A stretch of 62,867 bases of DNA, filler included, from Aduncisulcus paluster (lineage: Eukaryota), in NCBI GenBank assembly GCA_024181965.1. It is 5 parts of 5 records of this genome, joined end to end, with 100 filler letters (N's around TTAATTAATTAA, not from the genome) between each part and the next. Parts side by side here need not be neighbours in the genome. Positions count along the whole stretch, not along the records: positions 36,567 to 55,706 come from BQXS01010853.1; positions 55,807 to 62,867 come from BQXS01010854.1; 3 more parts are not named here. The stretch is one strand, 5' to 3'. Shown piece by piece: positions 45,901 to 58,557 of the stretch. The stretch's first letter is position 1, and every line of letters begins with the position of its first letter. The position numbers and the translations under genes are program-made. The notes below the pieces were generated by a model, which was given only the letters and a program-made list of their open reading frames with translations, was not told the DNA's origin and made no database searches.

Positions 45901-48900
45901 AGCTCGCCAAGTGGCACAAACAGATGTGAATAATCTATCCGGTTGATCGAACACACCGCTCTGAAGGATCACATGTTGACTTGAGTATGGTTCAACACGA
46001 ACAAGGTAGTGCAGAACAACAGCCGAGGAAGAGTAATGAGTTCCATAATGGAATGGAGGTAGAGCAANNNNNNNNNNNNNNNNNNNNCATCGTTCACGGG
46101 TTTCAGTGTCTCCTGACTCTGTCCAAAATTGAGGACATTCTGGTTAGTGAAGAGGCTAGGAAGGTAGAAGAACTCTGGGATAAGTTCCTTGACATCAGCC
46201 ATGTTGAGAGAAGATGCAGCTCGCCAAGTGGCACAAACAGATGTGAATAATCTATCCGGTTGATCGAACACACCGCTCTGAAGGATCACATGTTGACTTG
46301 AGTATGGTTCAACACGAACAAGGTAGTGCAGAACAACAGCCGAGGAAGAGTAATGAGTTCCATAATGGAATGGAGGTAGAGCAACATGAGCCATTCCATT
46401 CTTACGCATCATGTCGTAAGCCATCTTGGCATCATTGTAACGTTGAATAAATCTCTCTCTCCTCGTGTGATCTTGGCATCCCATGGGAATCGAGAGGTCT
46501 CGGAAAGATTTGGGATCAGAAAAGTCAATCGAATTGGAATCCTTATTATGATTCAAGATCCATGGGAAAACAGGGTATTGTGTGAGATCCAATTCCGAAC
46601 GACCAGAACAAAGGTTAAGGATGGACAAATAGTCAAAGTTGGTCAACAATCCATTCTTCCATCTTTCACTTTCCTTGAGACACAGATTAAGCAATAGTTT
46701 GGAGAAGTGATCGTCAACAATCACACCTTCAAGGTCATGAGCTTTCTGAGGGAGGAATAAATCAATAAATCCTCCAATCAAGGGGAGGCAATGCGCAGAT
46801 TGTGTTCCAGCATTTGCTGTAATTCCAATGCCGAGGCGATGTTTCACTTCATCTTGCACAGAGAGCTTCAGAGCTGAAATCCTCTTTCGAAGGCTTGTAC
46901 TAACTTCGGAACTCAATGAATAAGCTTCCTCACAAACGTCAAGGGTGAATTCCATCACTCGTTCGACGGGATTCTGCCACACGGATCCCCTTGGTTCCTC
47001 TCTTTCCATGTGATGCAAGAGATGGGATATTAATGTGAAGAAAGCGGTGCAGATTGTTGAGGAAGAGTTGGATGAAAATATCATGGAAGAAGTCAGAGAA
47101 TGAGATGAAACTGATGATTGAGGCAAATATTCATTAGATTTGATAGTTTTCTGCTTCCTTTCATCAACAACAGAACTATCTGTGGAATCAATAGAAGTGC
47201 TTTCAGTGTCACTCTTTTGTCTCACATTGGATATATTAACCCAGCTTGTCCCTTTATCCTTTCGCTTCATGCCAGATGTCATGGAATCTTTCTTCTTCTC
47301 TTCAATGCTACCCCCTCGACCGCCCTCGCCCCAAATTGTGGCATCGCAAATACTCCCACTGATCGCACTCCCACCAACGCACATGCAGATCTTCATTCCC
47401 ACTGTTGTACTCAGCAATAATGAGGATGGAAGGGCTGAGAATGTTCGGAGAAGGATGGAAGAGAGGGATGATAAGGGAATAAACACAATTGGTGGGGTGG
47501 GAATTGGATTATCACNNNNNNNNNNNNNNNNNNNNAGAAGTGCTTTCAGTGTCACTCTTTTGTCTCACATTGGATATATTAACCCAGCTTGTCCCTTTAT
47601 CCTTTCGCTTCATGCCAGATGTCATGGAATCTTTCTTCTTCTCTTCAATGCTACCCCCTCGACCGCCCTCGCCCCAAATTGTGGCATCGCAAATACTCCC
47701 ACTGATCGCACTCCCACCAACGCACATGCAGATCTTCATTCCCACTGTTGTACTCAGCAATAATGAGGATGGAAGGGCTGAGAATGTTCGGAGAAGGATG
47801 GAAGAGAGGGATGATAAGGGAATAAACACAATTGGTGGGGTGGGAATTGGATTATCACAGAGATGAACGGAGGAGAGGAGGAGAGAGGAACACCAATGAG
47901 GTGGGCAAAGAGAGAAAGGTAAAAAGGTCGAGAGAGTTGATGAGAGAGTCGATTCATCAAAGGTCGACAGGAAGGAGTTCATTGCATAAATCTTTTCAAT
48001 GGTATTCATGTTTGATTCAGATTCATTCACACATAAATACTTGGGAGTAATATTATAGTGAGAAGAGGAAGAGTGAGATGATGATCCATGAACAACGGTT
48101 GATGGGGAGGAGAATCTATTTGAATTCTCGTTATCGGTCACCTTGGAGTTGATTCCTTGAAGGGCATTGATTGTCAGATGGGTGAGATGACTATCTGCAT
48201 GCAGCGGGTATGAATGGGTGATCACAGAGAGTGAGTCATCAATACCAGGGAATATATGGGATAAGTGGGAGTATATTCTGCCCTCACGAGTGGAAAGAGA
48301 TGAAGCACCTTCACGATGGATTGTACTCTGTAACTTGGCGCTAGCGGTGATCTCAAGTGTGGAAGTTACATCTTTAGCACGCCTTTCTCTCTCTCGTTTT
48401 GCGCATCCACGCTGTCTCCTCTCTCCGACAACTCTCCAGCCCCGCAGGATGGCTACAACAATCTGTCGAGTCTCTCTGTGTTGGCAGATACATAGACATC
48501 CTTCCTCCGGGTCCAGGGAATGCGATAATAGGGAGGAATGGATGACAGCTATTGGAGCAAGGGAGGGAGGGAGAAGAGATGGTAAAGGAAGGAACATAGG
48601 GATTGGAAGACCAGGATTTGAACAAGAAATGGAAGAGTATGACAGTTGTGAAAATGTTTCCTCAAATTTCGATGATGAGGAACTCTCAGATTTATGGCAT
48701 AATTCTGACGAAGTCTCGGAAACTTTCCTCTTCTTCTTCCTCACTTTTTCGTCAATGCATACCAAATGGCCATGCCTTGAACACATCGGAAGTGACAATG
48801 GAGATGGCAATGTGTGTGAATATGAACGAATCAGTGCAGAATACGCAAGAAGTTTGAAACTTTCAGCAATTGGGGGCAGTGGTTTCTTGAGTAAAGAAGC

Positions 48901-51900
48901 TGGAGTGTCTGAATGGGGATACTGATATCCCTCAGAGGCTGGGACATAACATTCATTAATTCCTTCCTTCAGTGAGATACGGAGACAATCGCCACCACCG
49001 GCAGTGAGGGAATCATGCAGTCCCAATGAGTGAATTGACGGACAGTGTTCACGAAGGCCGTAGATGCCGCCAAGGATAGTGTGTGTTTCAATAGATTTCG
49101 AGAGGATGGCGTTCGTGGAGGATAGGTATCGCCAACACCAGACAGAGAGAGTTTGGGATAAGTCTGAGAGTTTGGAAGGAGAGAATAGTGGGAATGAAGC
49201 GAAGGACTTGGAGAAATCGACAAAGTGAGCACATGGAGAAAGAGGGAAGATAACTAAATTCTCATCGTTGAACGACACCATTGGAGTTTTCTTCTCTTCA
49301 TGCATTCTCCATAGCATTGAATGTCTCTGATTCTGAGTATGCGTCATCAATGACTTAGAAAACACCATGGGAAATACAAGAACATTCTTGAACAAGGGCT
49401 TGAGATATAACAAACAGTCACAGAATTGATCAGTAAATTGCTGCAGATTCTTGGCAAGGGTATCTGTGTTGTTAATGACCAATAAGTCCAAGAACTGTTG
49501 GTGATTGGTGATGCACTGTGACTTGACTCCTTTCTTGACCTTCAGAGAGTGAGGATTGGCCAGATAATTGGACCACTGCACAAGCCATTCCTGTGGAGAG
49601 AATATAATAGGTTTCTGTTTGGTTTTGTGATGTGTTGAGAAAGGGATTGGAGATGGAAGAGGAATGGAAAGTGCAGATGGCTTTCCAGATAGCGAAGAAT
49701 CAACAGAAACGGAGGGGCCAGAATAACCATCTCCTTTACGAGTCCATGATTTATGAAGTGGTTTATCGTTCTTTACACCCCATAGAACTTCGAGGATTCC
49801 TTTCATTCCATTTCGCCAACCAGTTGAGAGGAGACGAGATCGGATCTGACTCGAATCCTTAAATTTATCTGGGGACGGCAAATCCTTACAGAGACAACGT
49901 CTAATGAGTCGAAGAGCAGCCTGAGATGAATCATTCCAGTCAGCATACACGGCTATCACTGTCAGCATTGATATGTATGTCAAGAATATGGCTGGCAACG
50001 AGGATAGATATGATTGTAACACTCGTTTCTTTGAAGGAATATTCTGACGCATAATGACATCATCTCGAGCAAGCCAAGCCTCTCTATCCAACAACTGAGC
50101 AACATTAACTTCCTTACCATCCCATTCCTCCAGGGATATCCCTTGGGCATAGTTCTTGAGTCCATTCCCAAGAGCTTTGTACATGTCAGTGGAGTCGAAG
50201 GCATAATCCAAGAAGCACAAGAGAGTTGGCGTGATCGATGAATGAGTTGTTGAAGGAGACACGGGTACAGCTGAAAGGAGAAGATCAACATTCTGAACAA
50301 TTTTGAGGGGAGAAGCAGAAAATAGAGAGTGTCCGGGCAAAGAAGAGGAAGATGCAGTGTCAGATGTGGAGTGAACTTCATCATGATGTGGAAGATCGAC
50401 GTGTTTTGATGAGAATGATGCTTGGGAAGGTTTTTCGACATCACCAGCATCAACAATTGGTAAGGTTGGGGAAGAAGGCGGAAATGTGGATGTTGGATGT
50501 GTTTCTAATAACCTAATCTCTCGTTTCTTGGCTTCGATCTGAGCAATAGCAATCTCTCGTGCTCGACGTTCCTTATCTTCACGTTCCCTCTGTTTCTTCT
50601 CCTGACGCCTCCTTTCCTGTTCTTTCTCATCTTCTTTCCTCAGGAATCTCCCCGCACAGTGATGGGCCACGCATCCACTCACCCAAGTGTACATGGTTGT
50701 GTACATCTCACGTTGACCCTTTGAGAGCTCAAACTGAGCATGGAGAGACGCATCCGAGTCCCGAATTAGACTCAAAGTTGAGCACAAAGACAGCAAAAAT
50801 ATAGAGAATGTGTTTGTTAACGAGTGTGGGATTGGAACATCGAGTCTGGAGTGCATTGAGGTCAGAATAACAAAGATATCATTGGAAAAATTTGGGGAGG
50901 AGGCAGGGAGATCTGTGAGGAATAGAAGACTATTGGCTAGAGCAAACAATGATGAAGTGAAACAGGGGAGTGACGATAATGTCAGGATAATTCGTTCAGA
51001 GGAGTGTGGTGATCTGTCAAATTTTGAGGTATCGACAATATGTTTAAGCCATTTCTCATTACCATGCTCATCAAGAATAACGTGGTTCAGACTCTTGGAA
51101 GTATCCCAACTCCTCGTCCTTCCATCAGATCTTCCTTCTCTCACGGCAGTGTGTCCTTTACGCCATTTTTCAAAGAAAAGAGCTTGGTAACCACCAGAAC
51201 ATATCTCCATTCTGGGTCCCTCGTCTCTTTTTGCAGACTTCCACTTCATTGGAGGAATCATTCTCCCTCTGGCTTCTCCAGTGTCAAGGCAAAGCATGAG
51301 CTCTCTTAGATGTGGGAAGAAGGTTGGAGTGAGAGATGGATCGAAGAAACTCATCAACAGGGAGCAAAACAGAGTCATTGAGGACATCACAAGGGTATCT
51401 TTGGAGAGAGGAAGTGAGAGAATAATCATATTGTCAGAATGTGGAATACTACGTTCCTCATCTTCCTCCCTCTTTGTCTCAGAAGTCTCATCGTCATCAA
51501 ACTCAACAACAATGGGTGAATCTCTGTCTCTCTTTGTCAATGGGCTACTGACCATCGATTGTTCGTGACTATGTTTCTTCTCAATGAACTTTGATAATTC
51601 ATTCTCAGTTTCCTTGTCAATACGAATACGACCATTTGAGAGTTGTTCGCCCATAAACAACCCCTTAATGGCATCGGATGTATCATGCATGTGTGTGTGT
51701 GAGTTTGAAATGAATAAAGCCTTGAATCCCAACGATAGAAGAGAGAGTAAAGCGGATAATGAATCCATGCAGGTACACAGTGACACAAGCACACCAGCAA
51801 GAGGAGGAACAGCGGACATGAATGAATATGTAATTGGATTATCACTCTCTTGTGGAGAATATCTATTCCCAAGTGTAATGTCGTCTTGTTGCTCATACTT

Positions 51901-54900
51901 CATGAGACTGGGGAGGTCATTGGTTGAGAGTGCAAGGCAGGCATAACTGACCAGACAACTGAATATCTCATCTCCTTGAGAACATATTCCATAGCAGTGA
52001 TCACAGTGAGATTCACACTCGACAAACATGTGAGAATGGGCGTGAAGAAGAGCCCATTGGAGATTGGACTGGGAGATAATATTGTGATGAACTGCAGAGT
52101 ACAGGAACAATGAGACAAGTGGGTAAGAGATGGCAAGAAGAGACGATGAGGCAGGAGGGATTGGAAAGGCCTGGAGAGGGACGACAGGGGATGTCTTGGA
52201 CAGAGCAGAAGATGAAGAACAGGGCTGAGGAGGAGGGAATGAATTTATAAGATTCATGGTTGAGTGAGAAGAATCATGCGAATGGGATCTATTCTTCACA
52301 ACAATACACCGTTGAAGGAGCCATGATAGTTCATTCACACAGACGTTCTTTTCAACACAAATACGAACAACGTCAGCAAGATTATGATTGACCCACAAGT
52401 GACTTTCTTTCCTCTGTAAGTTCATACTTGGTTTTCCGAAGAGACGCGCAGCAAGGAACTCCATGTTGAGACCAAAGGATACCAACAGAAGTGGAAATGA
52501 GAAAAGCAACCCTTCTCCTTCACGTGATCTCGATATACTCTTTGTGAAGATACGGTTGTATACACCTTTTGTCAATGCATCCCAAGCACATAATCTTATT
52601 CCTCGAGAATCAGTGGTGCAATCATCTTCTTTTCCCCCAAACTCACCATTGAGAGGTTTATGGAGATATAAAACGAGGTGAGTGTACCAATGATGGAGCA
52701 GAGAGAGCACAGATGATGTGGATAGACAGAAACTGGACAAGAGAGGAGTCATGGGGTTAGGTTGAGTCTGAACAGGAGGTTGTGGCATTGAGTGAATAAA
52801 GGATGCTGGCAAGAGAGAGAAGAGGGAATAAAACATCTGAAGTAACGTATGCATATGGATGAAGAGAAGAGGAAGAGAGAAAGGTTTCCTTTCAGAGGTT
52901 TTGACCACTTTTGATCTCTCCTTTTCTATTTCATCGGAATCTTCAGAGTTCTCAATGGTGCAGCTCTTTGTGATAACAGACGGCACTTCAGTAGGGAGAA
53001 CATCATCCAATACATCCATGGAAGAGTAGAAAAGCATGTTATCGGAAACAGAAGGATTGACAGAGGAAGCAAAATCAAACTCAGATTTGTCTGACCATCT
53101 GATTCGTTTCTCAATGCCTTCAAATACCCATTCAATGAGAGAAGAACGCATGAGGCATGAGGAAATGTCATAAAATCCAAATCCAACGAGGGATATGTTC
53201 GTGGTCTTGAATTCAGGATCAACAGGGAGGGGAGGAAGACCCTCAGGGGATGAAAATGGTGGCAGAGAGAACAAGAATGCTGACATGTTGGCACTTTCTT
53301 GCATTCCGATAGAAATAACACCCTTTCTTATTCCGATATATCCCTGTCTTTCTCTCTTTCGAATAGAAACAACCTTTTCACAGAGTGATAGCACTCCAAT
53401 TAATTTCCTGGCAGCGACGGCAACACTCACACACACACCTGGATCACACAAGAGTACGTTCAGAAGCTCCATTATGCCACTGTTTGTGAAGAGAGTAATC
53501 AATTGTGAACGTTGCTTTGCTCGTTCTTCTTGTGAAGGTATAGGAACATTTATGACAAATGTCTGAGCAGCTTGGGTATTGAGAGGAAGCGCGTCAATGT
53601 AAGTGTAAGTTGAAGAGGAGGTACAGAGAGTGTTGATGTATTTAATAAAGTGGAACAGAGCAATCCAACAGCCAGATCCACGGACATGAATATATTTATG
53701 CTCAAATTCATGGTTCTCCTTTTCTTCTACTATTGGTTCCTTTTGTTGGCCAACGATATTAACACCTCTTGACTTTGTTGACGATTCTTTGTATCCATAC
53801 ACGCCTGACACTGTATCCTTTCGAAGGGAAGATGCGAGGAAAGAGAAGAATTGACACACAGAGACACAGACTCCCATAGCTCTATCAGTATGGATGGGTG
53901 AGGTCAAATATATCGACAAGATAGACAAAATCGCACTGAGGACACGAGAGGAGAGAAGGAACGGCAGGGGAGAAGGAGGAGGAAGAACGATGGGGGGATG
54001 TTCAGGTCCATCAAGGTGAATTTGGATACATTTCAAGTGGTGGGAATGAACAATGAGCATTGTCAAAAGCTGAATAAATGTGTCAACGGTATCTTTCTCA
54101 GATGCTAATTTTAGAATGAGAAGGAAGGTGTGGAAAAGACGTTGCTCTGTGGCTGAAATATGGGTGTGGAATTCTCGTTTGGTTTGAACAAATTCATTTT
54201 TCAAACGAATTGGGTCATACAAAACACTCTCATCACAATTCACATAAATATATCGATTTTTAGAAGAGAAATTTCCATTAAATAATTTAATTTTCTCACT
54301 TTCGATACATTCCTCATCCTGAGAATTAAACTTATCAATGAATTCATTCGTTCCATCGGCCTTCCATCTTTCAACTATCTTGATATTCTGCATTTCGCAC
54401 AATGCACCCAAGGTCCATACTTTCTTGACTCTTTCAACGCAGCTCCTCACGGCAAGCGACAATGGTGGAATCAGAATATCGATTCCTCCCAATTCGTTAA
54501 GTCGGTCAAACATGCGTGTTGGCGTGGTATCATTTTGGATATGTTTTGATTGGATGGTGGAGGGAATGGGGAAAGAGAATTTAGCAAGCGATGGATGGAT
54601 TGAAGAGAAGGCTGGGAGAGGGCGGATGAGCACTTTGTCTCCTTTTGATGATGAGAAACCAGTGATTTGTTTCATTCCTTTGCCATCGTTTCTGAGTTGC
54701 ATTGAGAGAGGGGTGGAAGAATGGAAGAGAATAAAAGGGATGGGATTGACAAGATTGGAGAGAATATCAATTGAGTGGTGTGACACGGTCTGAGCAAGTT
54801 TTCCCAGTTTTTCAGTGACTCGCTGGGAATATTGGATAAGTTTTGAAGCAGAAATATGAGCGATTGATTGACCATTCTTGTAATTTGAACAAGTTTCAAG

Positions 54901-55706
54901 GTCTGATTCAACTGTAAAATTGAGTTCAACATCGCGGACCGATGCAGTAGGTTTCCTTTCGAGAAACATGGGTAACTGTGTGGGTGGGTGTGATCGTATG
55001 TAGTATATATCATTTATATCAACATTGCCAATGTACAGAGACATTGAGAGGAGAGACAGAGAAAGCAAGGAATGGTCATATTCATACATAGAAGCAGAAA
55101 CGGGAGATGAACCGTTACTCATAGATGATTTCCTTCTTGAAATTGTTCTTCTTTGACTGTTATTGCTGTTATCTGTCATCACGGAAGCATCATAGAGGTT
55201 ATTTTGATGAGAAGATAGCGAATAGGAACCACTCAAACCTCGTCCACAGCTGAAACGAGAGTGTTTGGCATTCAAAATAGTACGACGTTTCCTTTCTTCC
55301 AGAAGTCGTTGACGGAGCTCAAGCTCTTCTTTCCTTCTTTGGTTGTACATAACAACATCAAGGGGCGATACAAATAGCCACCCATCTCCTTTCATTTCCC
55401 GACGAATCTTCTCCCAAGGCTCAGCTTCAACAAAACGTGCACTCACACTACCAACTGAGAAGGATATTGTTCTGGGTGAAGTGAAGACGGCAGAAAGATT
55501 CTGAGAGAAAGGAATGGCGTTGTTGTTCATAGCTCCAACCAGTTCTTTCCGTACACTCTGACCTCTGCTCTTCTTATGCTTAGTTTTGGAGGACACAACT
55601 GAACAACACAGAAGTCTATCATCGACATATATCGATACTCCAATGCCACGCTTCCGTTCAGAGCTACGTTTAAGAGTCACCGTGATAAGGTGAATTCCTG
55701 TAACAG
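42956..55706 (-). CDS. BEACH-WD40-FYVE protein (WDFY3/LvsA-like); one gene split into four ORFs by unmerged overlaps; 5' end in gap
   Basis: BEACH: WKNGLLTNFDYLSILNLCSGRSELDLTQYPVFPW, HYGTHYSS, DVKELIPEFFY, WIDLIFGFKQRG, FGLTPKQLF. WD-like repeats follow, then FYVE WISDDD..RRHHCRCCGYVFCSECS. Duplicated flanks at each 20-N gap join the ORFs. Confidence 0.9.
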
Positions 55707-55806
55707 NNNNNNNNNNNNNNNNNNNNNNNNNNNNNNNNNNNNNNNNNNNNTTAATTAATTAANNNNNNNNNNNNNNNNNNNNNNNNNNNNNNNNNNNNNN
55801 NNNNNN
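55707..55806. other. Assembly spacer N44-TTAATTAATTAA-N44
   Basis: Six-frame stop linker inside Ns. Confidence 0.95.
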
Positions 55807-56053
55807 AATAATCATTCTCGTCAGTGAGAGGTAAAGGTTTTATAATATCGTCCTCACCGCGATGCCATTCAATAGTTGGTGGAGGAGCACTAGTAGGTGG
55901 ATCAAAGTGGAATTGCTTTAGATATGTGGATGCTTTTACAAAAATGGCCCTCTGCAAATCTTTAACATCAGCCACCATTAATTCAGTCATTTCACTATGA
56001 CCCCCGGTATCCCTTGAATTATTCTTTATCAAGAAATTAATTTTAACCCGCAT
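55807..56053 (-). CDS. 5' fragment of a gene entering the gap (possibly the N-terminus of the BEACH gene)
   Basis: ORF on the same strand as the BEACH gene, preceded by AT-rich intergenic DNA and ending in Ns. Confidence 0.5.
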
Positions 56054-56478
56054 CCATCACAATTGGTTCATGAACTCCGAAGAAAGACCAATGTGATTTT
56101 TTTAACATCCAACATAAAGAAATATTCACATGTTTTGATTGAAAAAATACAATAATAGCCTGTTTAAACCAATTTTTTTTTATTTTATTTTATATTTATT
56201 TTCCAATTTTGAAGTGAGAAAACGACACTTTTTTCCGAAACAGCAATATTAATAAATTTCCATAAATCTTGGATCTAGCCTGTTAATAGTCGAGAAATTA
56301 ATTGGAAAGACACGAAAAAAGATCTTAAAATATACCCACATACTTTGAGAACAATATCACTCTTTGGATGATTTCCGTGGATGCTACCGGTAGGCATGTC
56401 TCCAACCAAGATGTTTTACTTTTATTAAATTTGCTAGCCGTCTTCTATAAGGAAGTCAATAGTAGAAAAGAACACGCA

Positions 56479-58134
56479 TTAAATTGTTAATAAATGGTTC
56501 GAATCAACTGATAAAATTAATTCTCCAAGAAAACTTTCCTTTGACTTCTTTTTGTAAGTTATGATAAATGTGAGTTTCCCTTGCATTTCTTGACAGATAT
56601 TTTCATTTTTGGACGGATTATTTATAGAACAGAATAGTTCTGAGAAATAACTTATTCCATAAACAGACCCTGAGGAATTAACAGGTTTTGATAAGAGGAC
56701 CTTATCTGATGAGTATACTTCAATTCGGAGGAAGTGAAAACTTTCAGATTGTGATGGAGGCAAAACAAGAGAAATTACAACATACCCAATGGAAATAAAA
56801 TCAGAATAAGCATTATTGGGACTATTGGCGATTTGAAATTGGGATATTTTATCAGGAAGAATCTTGATTTTACCCTTTATGGTTCCATCCAACCCTGATA
56901 AAGTAACAAACTTTCTGTAAGTCGCAGGTGAGGGTTCAATTCCAACATTAAACACAGTAAAACGAGTAAAAACCTGGTTGAGAGAAACCATTTGATCGGG
57001 ATAACCTTTTCTTCCATCAGATAACATCACAGAAACAACGTCACGAATCTCATTATTCTCTGTGAATTGGTGAATTGGAGAGACACAATATGCATGGTCA
57101 AGGTCAATGGTTAAATTTGATTCTGAAACAGTCTGTTCTGATCTATTTTTAGGTTTTGAACAACATATGTAAAATTCATCAGAGAATACAAACTTTCTCA
57201 ATGTATCTATTATTGGAGATTGATTATGAACATTAATAATATTATCGTTTTGATTATCATTGGTTTTCCCATTCTCCATGTTTTCCATAAGAAATTGATC
57301 CAATGAATTGACTGTTGAGTTGTGTGAAGTGGAAGAAGACATGAAATGATCGGGATTATATGAAATAAAACACATCTCTTTCTTATTTCGAGAAGAAGAA
57401 CAGTATATGGATGTAAAATCACCTTTCTCATTCATGACGAATCTCACAGGAATTATATTGAAGAAATGATAAAATATGCCTGGTATTCCACCTTCAAGTC
57501 GTGAATAAGAATCATCAAAAAGCTCAAATGCCATTGCTAACTCAAGGGATTGCAACAAACCAGAAGGAGAAGATGATGTAACGTCACGATATATTGTTAA
57601 AGGTTGTCCATCAACATGTTTAGGAATGGGAGAAGAAGAAGGGATATGTTGTTGAAGTTGAATTGAAATTGAAGGAAGAGATATTGTTCGAATTGGTACA
57701 ATAGGATCAATAACATGATATTTAAGACAAAAGCATTGAAATATAGCTGATATCCAGGCAAGATAATTTGGAGATGATTGAGCAGGACAAACATCTTGGT
57801 TGGAGTTATAGTTGGACATTAAAATAGATTTATATGCACTAATAAGCCAACAATCATTGAATATTCCCTGGTAAACCTCATTATAATGGTATAAATCCAA
57901 GGAAGGAGGCTTAATAGGATTCATTATTATCTTAAGATCCCATTGTTGGGGAGCAAGGGAAACATAATTGAAATAATCGGGTAAAGTCGGAATGACTGGC
58001 GTAGTAGAACATGCACAAGGGAATATACCACCTAATAGAGAATATATTGACTCGGAATTGGAAGGAAATATTTCCTTCCCATGTACAGCAAAAAACATAT
58101 AAAAGATAATGATAAACAAGAATTTCAAAGTCAT
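56479..58134 (-). CDS. Divergent calpain-like (peptidase C2) protein with a predicted signal peptide
   Basis: QGIFNDCWLISA (Cys site), LELAMA..YSRLEGG, HAYCV (His site); hydrophobic N-terminus MTLKFLFIIIFYMFFAVHG. Confidence 0.75.
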   Translation of the reverse strand: MTLKFLFIIIFYMFFAVHGKEIFPSNSESIYSLLGGIFPCACSTTPVIPTLPDYFNYVSLAPQQWDLKIIMNPIKPPSLDLYHYNEVYQGIFNDCWLISAYKSILMSNYNSNQDVCPAQSSPNYLAWISAIFQCFCLKYHVIDPIVPIRTISLPSISIQLQQHIPSSSPIPKHVDGQPLTIYRDVTSSSPSGLLQSLELAMAFELFDDSYSRLEGGIPGIFYHFFNIIPVRFVMNEKGDFTSIYCSSSRNKKEMCFISYNPDHFMSSSTSHNSTVNSLDQFLMENMENGKTNDNQNDNIINVHNQSPIIDTLRKFVFSDEFYICCSKPKNRSEQTVSESNLTIDLDHAYCVSPIHQFTENNEIRDVVSVMLSDGRKGYPDQMVSLNQVFTRFTVFNVGIEPSPATYRKFVTLSGLDGTIKGKIKILPDKISQFQIANSPNNAYSDFISIGYVVISLVLPPSQSESFHFLRIEVYSSDKVLLSKPVNSSGSVYGISYFSELFCSINNPSKNENICQEMQGKLTFIITYKKKSKESFLGELILSVDSNHLLTI

Positions 58135-58557
58135 TTCATTGAAATTAACTTAATTAGGCTCGATGCATGCAAACAAAACAAGATATGATGACAGTTTTTA
58201 AATCTCTTTACCAAGTTGATATTATAATGACAAAATAGACTCATCAACCAATTTTATTCCTATTTATTTAATCCAAAATTCGCTTCAAACTTCAATTTGC
58301 TCTCTGGTGGCCAAACTAAATCACGCTTTACTTTTCTCTTAGCAGAGTTTGGAAGATAGTTGGACACATAGGTGTAGGCGACGTAATAAAGAGCCAAACT
58401 AAATTATCCCAGGTCACTGACCTGAGATCAGAGATCTACCTGAGACAGCTTGGCCAGCTGAATTGAATTTATTCCATAAATATACCCGATTGGAATCGAA
58501 CTGATCCCAAAATGTGGAATCCAAATAAAAAGAAAATAGATCATTGTCTACATAAAA

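Noticed and set aside
43315-47858. Three ~300-380 bp direct repeats suggesting tandem duplication or programmed frameshifting
   Set aside because: Each pair flanks exactly 20 Ns and collapses into a continuous ORF; unmerged contig overlaps.
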